A stretch of 64,000 bases of DNA from Patescibacteria group bacterium (GTDB lineage: Bacteria > Patescibacteriota > Minisyncoccia > Phycocordibacterales > UBA1550): NCBI GenBank assembly GCA_038057125.1, contig JBBUDU010000002.1, positions 85,240-149,239 of the forward strand, written 5' to 3'. Positions within the stretch are counted from its first letter, which is position 1; the number at the start of each line of letters is the position of its first letter. The notes beneath the pieces were generated by a model. That model ran no database searches. It had not been told where the DNA came from and saw only the letters and a list, made by a program, of their open reading frames with translations. Below, piece by piece: positions 53,903 to 61,704 of the stretch. A program made the position numbers and the translations under genes.

Positions 53903-55027
53903 ATGTATCCTTTGCGTTTTATCGCATTAAGTTTCTTTGTTGCCGTACCTCTTTTTGTGTTTGCGCAAACAACGACAGAGGCTGAGCAACCAACACGAAC
54001 AGACGAGTTGCTTAGGCAACAAATAGACGAGCTCACTACGAGCCGACTAAACATTATTCCTAAAATAGAAGACATTAGGTCAATCGCCATTCGTGATCTT
54101 TTGGACGTAAAAATCATTCCGTCAAACCCTGGCCCAAACGAAACGGTGCGCATTACGATAGAGAGCTATCTTTCCAATATGAACAAAGCGACGATATCAT
54201 GGTCTCTTAATGGCATTGTCGCAATGCAGGGCATCGGAAAAACATCATTTAGTTTTAAAAACGGCGCTGCCGGAAAAACTACGTCTCTTGTTGTTTCGAT
54301 TTTAACAAACGACGGAGAGAGGGTTGTTAAAGAGTTTTCGTGGACTCCTGTTGGAATTACGCTTCTCTGGGAAGCAGGCACTTACACGCCACCGTTTTAC
54401 AGAGGAAAGGCGCTACTCTCGCCACAAGCGCAAGTAAAAATGACTGCAATCCCCGATAACACCGGAACAAGAAACGCACTCAGCGCGGGAAATCTCGTAT
54501 ATGTCTGGGAAAGAAACGGGGCTGTCATATCAGATGCTTCCGGTTATGGGAAAAATTCTTTTTCATTTGTCGGACCAAAACCATATGATGAAACGAATGT
54601 TAAAGTTCGAACGTCCTCAATAGACAATACCGTAAACTCTGAGTCGCGCGTATACCTTCCACTTTCCAACCCGCTTATCTTGTTTTATGAAAAGGACCCG
54701 CTCCTTGGTGTCTGGTATAATAAACCATTAGACACTGAGGCAATGTTAAAGAAAAAAGAGCTCTCTATCAGCGCAGAGCCGTATTTCTTTTCAGGCGAAG
54801 CGCGGGTTGGCGAAAATGCATCGACACTTAAATATATTTGGTCAGTCAATGGAAATGAAGTGCAAAATTATGGCCGCACCATCACGCTTAGAAATGACAC
54901 GGGTGCCAAAGGCAAATCTCTCGTGTCGCTTACGATGCGCGGAGTCTCCAAAACATTCCAATCCGCAAACCGGAATCTCCGAGTCAACTTTACAGAAAAC
55001 GATTCGGATTCGCGTCCAACATTTTAA
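53903..55027 (+). CDS. exported hypothetical protein
   Basis: The ATG at 53903 gives the signal peptide MYPLRFIALSFFVAVPLFVFAQ. Confidence 0.55.
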   Translation: MYPLRFIALSFFVAVPLFVFAQTTTEAEQPTRTDELLRQQIDELTTSRLNIIPKIEDIRSIAIRDLLDVKIIPSNPGPNETVRITIESYLSNMNKATISWSLNGIVAMQGIGKTSFSFKNGAAGKTTSLVVSILTNDGERVVKEFSWTPVGITLLWEAGTYTPPFYRGKALLSPQAQVKMTAIPDNTGTRNALSAGNLVYVWERNGAVISDASGYGKNSFSFVGPKPYDETNVKVRTSSIDNTVNSESRVYLPLSNPLILFYEKDPLLGVWYNKPLDTEAMLKKKELSISAEPYFFSGEARVGENASTLKYIWSVNGNEVQNYGRTITLRNDTGAKGKSLVSLTMRGVSKTFQSANRNLRVNFTENDSDSRPTF

Positions 55028-55033
55028 ATTAAT

Positions 55034-55468
55034 ATGAAACATCTTCCAACAATCTTTGCTTTCACTCTCATCTCTCTTGGTACAGGAGTGCTCGTCGCGC
55101 ATGCGCAAGGTTATGTTCCGCTCGCGCCTCTCCCAGGCACATTTTCATCATCAGGGGGCACAAAGAGCGCAAACATCGGCGGATACCTCTCGGGGATGCT
55201 CAAGCTTCTAATCGCCCTCGGCGGAGCACTGGCGATCCTTATGGCCATTATTGGTGGCACACAATACGTTGCAGCAGGGATTTCTCCCGACGCCAAGAGT
55301 AGCGCAAAGGCGCGCATCGCAAACGCATTCATCGGTCTTGCGCTTATTCTTTCTTCCTATCTAATCCTAAATTCCATCAACCCAAAGCTTGTGGCGTTTG
55401 ATTTGTCGCTTAAAACGGTGTCCAACCCGCAAAAGACTCCATCGGCAGGTGCCGGAGGTGCCCAATAG
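55034..55468 (+). CDS. T4SS pilin-like protein (TrbC/VirB2-like topology)
   Basis: 144 aa with a signal peptide ending AHAQ, a conserved PLAPLPG, and two hydrophobic helices (LIALGGALAILMAIIGG; FIGLALILSSYLIL). Confidence 0.7.
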   Translation: MKHLPTIFAFTLISLGTGVLVAHAQGYVPLAPLPGTFSSSGGTKSANIGGYLSGMLKLLIALGGALAILMAIIGGTQYVAAGISPDAKSSAKARIANAFIGLALILSSYLILNSINPKLVAFDLSLKTVSNPQKTPSAGAGGAQ

Positions 55469-55489
55469 TGAAATTAATCACAATTAAAA

Positions 55490-56875
55490 ATGACTAGTCG
55501 AAAAATCATCATCATATCAGTTCTCATCCTAGGCGCAATCCTTGGTGGAGCGTACTGGTATTTCTCAAATAGAGTAGCCGGACCACCAGGTATTGGAGAA
55601 AAGTTCCCTGGCGAAAGCAGAACGAGTACTGGAAAGCCAAAGCCCGCAGTGACGGCAGAGGAGGATATCGATACCACGCCGGTGTTCACACCTGGGTCTG
55701 GAGCAACCCTCCCACGTCTGTATGAGCTTCATAAACTTCCTGTCGCAGGTGCCGGCTTCATAGAAACGAAGAACAAAAAAAATGTTACTACGGGAATTGC
55801 GGCTCGCTACATTGAGCGTGGCTTGGGTTATGTTTTTGAAACATCGCTTTCAACATTGGCTTCGTCGCGCATCGTCAACGAAACACGGCCTCGCATCTCG
55901 GAAGCGCTTTGGGGCAACAATAGCAAGAGTGTCGTTATACGGTCAATTGACGAGAAGGATGGGAACATGATAAAAACACAAATCTTAAATATTGGCGCGC
56001 CAATAATTTCTTTTGCGAAAAGCACTACGACAGAAACCACGCAAAGTAGTTTCTTGAAAACTGAAGTAATCTTCCTCCCCAACTCCATCCCATTCGCGGC
56101 AACATCCGAGGACAGCGCGGACAAGCTCTTTTACCTTGAAAACAACTCTGATGGGTCAGTGGGATCTGTTTCAACATTCAAAAATTCCGGTGTTTCAAAA
56201 ATCTTTACCTCCTCATTTACAGAATGGCTCCCTCAGTTCGTAAATGAAAGACTTGTAACCATAAACACAAAACCTTCGGCGAAAGTAGCTGGACATTTAT
56301 TCTTTGTTGACACAAAAACAAAGTCAGTCACAAAAATCCTTGGAAACATAAATGGCCTCACCACACAGACAAGCCGTGACGGAAAGTTTGTCCTTTACTC
56401 AGAAACCAAAAGTGGTCGTCCGGAACTTTCAGTACACGACATCGCAAAAAACACGCCGCGCTCCCTCTCTCTCCAGACACTGCCGGAAAAATGCGCGTGG
56501 GGACGCAAAAATTTGTCTCTGGTGTACTGCGCAGTACCTCAAGCTATGCCTTCGGCAGACTACCCCGACAAATGGTACCAAGGAATTGTCTCTTTCTCAG
56601 ATGATGTGTGGGAAATCAACACCACGACTCTAATCAGTCGAAAAATAATGTCACCAAAAGAACTCGGAGTATCCACCCTCGACATTATAAATCCGACACT
56701 CTCATCGGATGATGGATACCTGCTCTTTGTGAACAAAGTCTCCGGAACACCGTGGGTATACCGTATTACCGAAGCCATTCCTGTAAAAGCGGTTACTTCG
56801 GTCTCAACCGCCACAACAACAAAAACAGTGGTGCCACCGTCTGCGGTAACCCCTGACATGAAGAAGCTTAGGTAA
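55490..56875 (+). CDS. membrane-anchored hypothetical protein (beta-rich ectodomain)
   Basis: 461 aa with N-terminal TM IIIISVLILGAILGGAYWYF. Confidence 0.55.
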   Translation: MTSRKIIIISVLILGAILGGAYWYFSNRVAGPPGIGEKFPGESRTSTGKPKPAVTAEEDIDTTPVFTPGSGATLPRLYELHKLPVAGAGFIETKNKKNVTTGIAARYIERGLGYVFETSLSTLASSRIVNETRPRISEALWGNNSKSVVIRSIDEKDGNMIKTQILNIGAPIISFAKSTTTETTQSSFLKTEVIFLPNSIPFAATSEDSADKLFYLENNSDGSVGSVSTFKNSGVSKIFTSSFTEWLPQFVNERLVTINTKPSAKVAGHLFFVDTKTKSVTKILGNINGLTTQTSRDGKFVLYSETKSGRPELSVHDIAKNTPRSLSLQTLPEKCAWGRKNLSLVYCAVPQAMPSADYPDKWYQGIVSFSDDVWEINTTTLISRKIMSPKELGVSTLDIINPTLSSDDGYLLFVNKVSGTPWVYRITEAIPVKAVTSVSTATTTKTVVPPSAVTPDMKKLR

Positions 56876-56876
56876 T

Positions 56877-56940
56877 GCAAAAGACAAGAGAAAATGCCGA
56901 GCACCAGTACTGGTGCTCGGCATTTTCTCTTGTCTTTTGC
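56877..56940. terminator. 64-bp perfect palindrome between convergent genes
   Basis: GCAAAAGACAAGAGAAAATGCCGAGCACCAGT | ACTGGTGCTCGGCATTTTCTCTTGTCTTTTGC. Confidence 0.75.
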
Positions 56941-56947
56941 TAAGGCC

Positions 56948-57676
56948 CTAAGCCTTAATCTCCTTCGCCTTACGCGCCACATAAAGCTCGTGCCCGATAG
57001 AAAACAGGTTGCTTGTGGTCCAATAGAGCGCCACCGCCGCAGAGATGGAGTAAGAAATACCAAAGACAATGACCGGTAGCATGTATCGCATTTGGACATT
57101 AAAACTCCTTGCAAAGTCGTCTTTAAATGATGGCTTTGCGCCTTTTTCAGCCGGTGCCATCGCTGGAATAGAAAGCTTGATTTGATAATACTGGGTAATA
57201 GCCGCGAGGAGCGCGAGGATGATACTTTTTTTTGAGAGCATTATGCCCAAAAACATCATGCTAACAACAGAGGGGAGCTGTACAAAAGAATATAGGTGCT
57301 CGGCATTAAGGTTGGGGAGGCCCTTGAAGAACACAAAGTAAAGCGCAAAAATAATCGGCAACTGCACCAAAACAAGAAGGCATCCCGAAAATGGATTTAT
57401 TCCGTGTTCCTTATAGAGCTCCATCGTTTTACGAGCCTGCTCTTTTTTGTCATCTTTGTGTTTTTCTTTGAGTTTTTCAAGGTCTGGAGCGAGAGAGCGC
57501 ATCTTTGCCTGAGACACCACAGACTTGTGCGAGAGGGGGAGGAGCACTGTGCGCACGACCACAGTAAGAAGGATGATGGCTATTCCAACATTCGCGCCCG
57601 GAACAGCCGAGAGTATAAAAACAAGGGTATTATAAAGCGGTTGATAAAAAACTGTTCCAAAAAATCCTTGTTCCAT
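56948..57676 (-). CDS. yidC: membrane protein insertase YidC (short form)
   Basis: 242 aa, polytopic. Lies in the conserved rpmH-rnpA-yidD-yidC order. Confidence 0.88.
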   Translation of the reverse strand: MEQGFFGTVFYQPLYNTLVFILSAVPGANVGIAIILLTVVVRTVLLPLSHKSVVSQAKMRSLAPDLEKLKEKHKDDKKEQARKTMELYKEHGINPFSGCLLVLVQLPIIFALYFVFFKGLPNLNAEHLYSFVQLPSVVSMMFLGIMLSKKSIILALLAAITQYYQIKLSIPAMAPAEKGAKPSFKDDFARSFNVQMRYMLPVIVFGISYSISAAVALYWTTSNLFSIGHELYVARKAKEIKA

Positions 57677-57729
57677 TTCGCCAGTCTACATTAAATCAGG
57701 GTTTTTAGGAAGCACTACTCTATGTAAAT

Positions 57730-57960
57730 CTACAAAAGTGGGTCAATGTGATCCTTTTGCCATGGATGACAACGAAGGATTCTTCGGAAACCCAGGAAAA
57801 GTCCTTTAAATGCGCCGTACCTTAGAACTGCTTCTTTGGTGTATTCCGAGCAAGTTGGATAAAAAACACAAGTTGTGCCTTTTTTGAGCGAAAAAACACC
57901 GGTGTCCAAAGAAAGAAACTTTTGATAGAAATTTATAAAGGAAATAATGACTTTTCGCAT
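57730..57960 (-). CDS. yidD: membrane protein insertion efficiency factor YidD
   Basis: CVFYPTCSEYTKEAV motif. Confidence 0.88.
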   Translation of the reverse strand: MRKVIISFINFYQKFLSLDTGVFSLKKGTTCVFYPTCSEYTKEAVLRYGAFKGLFLGFRRILRCHPWQKDHIDPLL

Positions 57961-57963
57961 AAT

Positions 57964-58299
57964 TTAAATGATTAGCTTTTCCTTGCGTAACACAGACTCA
58001 ATCTCAGTTTTTAAATATGAGAAATCGACTGTTGCCGTTTCTTTTTTAGGGTAAAATACCAAAAATCCTTGCTGTGTAAAGCTTTTTAGGTTTGGATGGA
58101 GGATCTCATAAAATCTTCGGCGAATGAGGTTGCGGGTGACCGCTGTTTTTGCGGTTTTTTTCGAAACCACGATTGCGACACGCAATTCCCCTTCATTTTT
58201 ATAAAACGTGCCGGAAAATAGTGGCGAGAAAACACGTAATCCCTGCCTTTTGGGGGCAGGGAAGGCTTGTTTGGATATTCGGTTCTTACGAGGAAGCAT
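57964..58299 (-). CDS. rnpA: ribonuclease P protein component
   Basis: 111 aa, basic; positioned between rpmH and yidD. Confidence 0.85.
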   Translation of the reverse strand: MLPRKNRISKQAFPAPKRQGLRVFSPLFSGTFYKNEGELRVAIVVSKKTAKTAVTRNLIRRRFYEILHPNLKSFTQQGFLVFYPKKETATVDFSYLKTEIESVLRKEKLII

Positions 58300-58317
58300 A
58301 AATAAGCTCCCAAAGGG

Positions 58318-58455
58318 CTAAACCGTTGTTAGGCGCTTGCGGCCTTTTTGGCGTCGCGCTTTCAGGACGTTGCGACCACTCTTGGTTGCCGAACGAACAA
58401 GGAATCCATGCGTAGTTGCGCGCTTTTTCTTCTTTGGCTGGTATGTTTGTGACAT
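58318..58455 (-). CDS. rpmH: 50S ribosomal protein L34
   Basis: Own translation: [45 protein letters not shown]. Below the track size cut-off. Confidence 0.9.
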   Translation of the reverse strand: MSQTYQPKKKKRATTHGFLVRSATKSGRNVLKARRQKGRKRLTTV

Positions 58456-58601
58456 AATTTCTTACTCTACACTATAATTCCCAAAAAATCTAGTCCCTTG
58501 CCCACCCAACTTTTCAGTATTGTAATGATCAATAAGCTTTCCAAAACAGGACTCTTTGTCATACAATACCCTAGTTAATAGGTAAAAAGTTGGGTGGGTA
58601 A

Positions 58602-58621
58602 ATATCCACAAGTTATCCACA
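58602..58621 (+). promoter_or_regulatory. two tandem DnaA boxes upstream of dnaA
   Basis: ATATCCACA (58602-10, 8/9) and TTATCCACA (58613-21, 9/9). Confidence 0.6.
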
Positions 58622-58652
58622 CCCTATTCACCGACTCGTCCACCTTGCCTCT

Positions 58653-58681
58653 TTCACTATTTGTTTGACTAAGAATATAAT
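58653..58681 (+). promoter_or_regulatory. candidate dnaA promoter
   Basis: TTCACT-N17-TATAAT (58676-81). Confidence 0.4.
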
Positions 58682-58705
58682 AGGGAAACGGGAATAAACA
58701 CTCTT

Positions 58706-60064
58706 ATGATAAACAACGCGCAACTTTGGGAAAAAACACTGTTCGATCTTGAGGGAGAACTTTCCCGAGCAAATTTCAGTACATGGTTTAAAAATACCGC
58801 AATATTAAAACAAGATGACGGAATGATTATTGTTGGTGTTCCAAATGAGTTTGTAAAAGATTGGCTTCAAAATAAATTTCATAAAACAATACTGCGTTCT
58901 CTTCGTAACCTCTCCGAAAACATACGCAGTGTAGAATATTCAGTTTGCAAAATAGAAGAACCTAAAACAGAAAAGAGGGTGGTGGAACAAATAAAATTTC
59001 CGCAAGGTGCCGAGCTACCATTGGAAAATCTTTATATTAATAAAGAAGATGGGCTAAACCCCCGCTACACATTTAATAATTTTATTATTGGTGCTTTCAA
59101 CGAGCTCGCATATGCCGCATCGCAAGCAATCCTAAAAAAGGTCGGCACCAATGTATACAACCCGCTATTTATATATGGGAACACTGGTCTCGGAAAAACG
59201 CATCTTATTCAAGCAATCGGAAATGAGGTTAAGAAACATTATCCGAACAAGCGCGTTTTTTACACAACCTCTGAAAAGTTCTCTGTTGATTACATAAACT
59301 CTGTTGGGCAAGGTTCAAAAGCGATGGCTATTTTCAAGAATAAATATCGTGTATATGACCTCCTTATTATGGACGACATTCAGTTTTTGTCGAACAAAGA
59401 AAAAACACAAGAGGAGCTTTTTCACATCTTCAACGAGCTCTATCACAACAATAAACAAATTATTTTCTCGTCCGACAAGCATCCAAACTACATCCCCGCT
59501 CTTGAGGCTCGCCTTAAATCGCGTTTTAGTGCGGGAATGATTGTGGACATTCAAGAGCCGGAGTACGAATCCCGTCTCGCAATTTTGCGCGCAAAAGCAG
59601 AAACTCAAAAGTTTTTCCCTCCGGAAGAAGTTATCGAATACCTTGCTTCTTCCGTGCAAGGGAACATTAGGGAGCTTGAGGGTCTTTTAAATGGGATCAT
59701 TTGTCAATCACAGATTAAAAATAGGAACCTTACATTGAATGAAATAAAGCCATTCATTAAAAACACCGCAAAACCCAAAAAACTCTTATCGGTAAAGGAA
59801 ATAGTGAAGGTTGTGTGTGATTTTTACAGCATTGAGGAGTCATTTGTGTATGAAAAAACAAGAAGGAAGGAGATATTGAAACCGCGGCAAATAGCGATGT
59901 TTATTCTTCGTGAAGACTTCAATATCTCTTATCCAACGATTGGTCAAAAGCTTGGTGGTCGAGACCATACCACTGTAATGCATTCTTGTGAAAAAATAAA
60001 AATTGATATCAAAAACGACCTCTCTCTTATGCAGGAGGTTGACCAAATACGAGCGATGTTTTAA
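58706..60064 (+). CDS. dnaA: chromosomal replication initiator protein DnaA
   Basis: 452 aa with GNTGLGKTHL, LLIMDDIQFL, and domain IV RQIAMFILRE...GGRDHTTVMH. Confidence 0.95.
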   Translation: MINNAQLWEKTLFDLEGELSRANFSTWFKNTAILKQDDGMIIVGVPNEFVKDWLQNKFHKTILRSLRNLSENIRSVEYSVCKIEEPKTEKRVVEQIKFPQGAELPLENLYINKEDGLNPRYTFNNFIIGAFNELAYAASQAILKKVGTNVYNPLFIYGNTGLGKTHLIQAIGNEVKKHYPNKRVFYTTSEKFSVDYINSVGQGSKAMAIFKNKYRVYDLLIMDDIQFLSNKEKTQEELFHIFNELYHNNKQIIFSSDKHPNYIPALEARLKSRFSAGMIVDIQEPEYESRLAILRAKAETQKFFPPEEVIEYLASSVQGNIRELEGLLNGIICQSQIKNRNLTLNEIKPFIKNTAKPKKLLSVKEIVKVVCDFYSIEESFVYEKTRRKEILKPRQIAMFILREDFNISYPTIGQKLGGRDHTTVMHSCEKIKIDIKNDLSLMQEVDQIRAMF

Positions 60065-60316
60065 TTATATACGTTATCTTGTTAAATTAGTGTTGATAAG
60101 TAAAAATGTTTATGTGTATAACTATAAAAAAATAATTAGTAAACCTTTATGAATAAATTTTATAAACAAATTAACAGTAATTATCCACATAAACCTATTT
60201 TTATAAATACCAATTAATACATACAACAAAAGCGTATTAATGACTTATCCACTTATCAACATATATAATAGTAATAATAAGTATTTATATATAAAATATT
60301 AAATACAATAAATAAT
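60065..60316. promoter_or_regulatory. candidate oriC (DnaA-box cluster + AT-rich unwinding region)
   Basis: - Boxes: 60091-99 (reverse TTATCAACA), 60113-21 (reverse TTATACACA), 60181-89 (TTATCCACA, perfect), 60245-53 (TTATCCACT), 60253-61 (TTATCAACA).
- The stretch 60262-60316 is almost pure A/T. Confidence 0.7.
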
Positions 60317-61417
60317 ATGAATTTTACCTGTAATAGAGATAGTATACAAAAATGTGTAATGAGTGCTGATAGGGTAACTGGAAAAAATTTATCATTACCA
60401 ATTCTTAATTCCGTATTTTTAGAAACAAATAAAAAATCATTAATTATTAGGGCTACAAACCTTGAAGTTGGTGTAGAATTCCAAATTCCAGCGGAAATTA
60501 AATCAGAAGGAAGTACTGCAATACCAGGATCTCTTTTTTATAATATACTCGCGAGTCTTCCTGATGAAGAAAATATAACCATTTCAGTTTCAAATAATGT
60601 TTGTAAAATAATAACAAAAACAAAAAATATAACTATCAAAGGTTTTATTCCTGATGATTTTCCAACAATACCAATTATTACAGAAGGGGAAAGTTTAACA
60701 ATATCATCACAAAATTTTATTCATGGAGCCAAATCGGTTTTAATGAGCGCGGCAATATCCGACATTAAACCAGAAATTTCAAGTGTTTATATATATCAAA
60801 ACGGAAAATCATTAGTATTTGTGGCCACAGATTCGTTTAGATTGGCGGAGAAAAAAATAAACTACACGGGAGAACCATTTTCACATGGTGTAATTGTTCC
60901 AATAAAAAACATTATTGAAATAATAAAAATTTTTGAGTCAGTAAATGAAAATATTTTATTTAAAATAACAAAAACACAAATTTCATGCGTTAGTAAGTCT
61001 GTATATGTAACATCAAGGGTTATTCAAGGTGTATATCCGGATTATGAGCAGATTTTACCAAAAAACAGCACAACGGAGGTTATTATTTTAAAACAAGACC
61101 TTATTAACACACTTAAATTATCAACACTTTTTTCCGACAAGTTCAATAAAATCCAATTCATCGTCGACCCTGCGCAAAAAAAATGTTTAATTACCACAAA
61201 AAATTCCGACATCGGTGAAACAGAAGCAAGTCTTACGGCAACAATATCCGGAGAGCCGATAGAGATTTCATTAAATGGAAAGCATTTATTCGATTGTTTA
61301 AATGCAATAACGGAAGACAGTATCACGATTCAATGTAGTGGGGCAAGTAAACCGGCAGTAATTCGTGGTGTAGGGGATAAATCGTTTACATACCTAACGA
61401 TGCCGCTTACGCGCTAG
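60317..61417 (+). CDS. dnaN: DNA polymerase III beta sliding clamp
   Basis: 366 aa with three-domain clamp length and the position after dnaA; LEVGVEF, ATDSFRLAE. Confidence 0.92.
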   Translation: MNFTCNRDSIQKCVMSADRVTGKNLSLPILNSVFLETNKKSLIIRATNLEVGVEFQIPAEIKSEGSTAIPGSLFYNILASLPDEENITISVSNNVCKIITKTKNITIKGFIPDDFPTIPIITEGESLTISSQNFIHGAKSVLMSAAISDIKPEISSVYIYQNGKSLVFVATDSFRLAEKKINYTGEPFSHGVIVPIKNIIEIIKIFESVNENILFKITKTQISCVSKSVYVTSRVIQGVYPDYEQILPKNSTTEVIILKQDLINTLKLSTLFSDKFNKIQFIVDPAQKKCLITTKNSDIGETEASLTATISGEPIEISLNGKHLFDCLNAITEDSITIQCSGASKPAVIRGVGDKSFTYLTMPLTR

Positions 61418-61430
61418 TAACAAACCCACA

Positions 61431-61685
61431 ATGCTCCAGTTAAACCAACTTCTTGAACGGTTTAAAAACCTTACAAATAGTGAAAAAGTAAAAAAACAGT
61501 TGATCGTTGAGGTTTTGGTAAACAACAAAATCCCCGCTAGTGTAAGCCAAGTATCCCTGTCAAAAAACACACTATTTATAAAAACTCAACCAATCATAAA
61601 AACAGAGGTACTTCTCAAAAAAGAAATAATACTTAAACAAATACAAAAAATCCCCGGATTATCTATCGTTTCAAATATTCAATAA
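61431..61685 (+). CDS. DUF721/DciA-like small protein (tentative)
   Basis: 84 aa, immediately after dnaN, where DUF721 genes commonly sit. Sequence support is weak. Confidence 0.45.
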   Translation: MLQLNQLLERFKNLTNSEKVKKQLIVEVLVNNKIPASVSQVSLSKNTLFIKTQPIIKTEVLLKKEIILKQIQKIPGLSIVSNIQ

Positions 61686-61704
61686 GTAGTGGGTCAAGCA
61701 ATAC

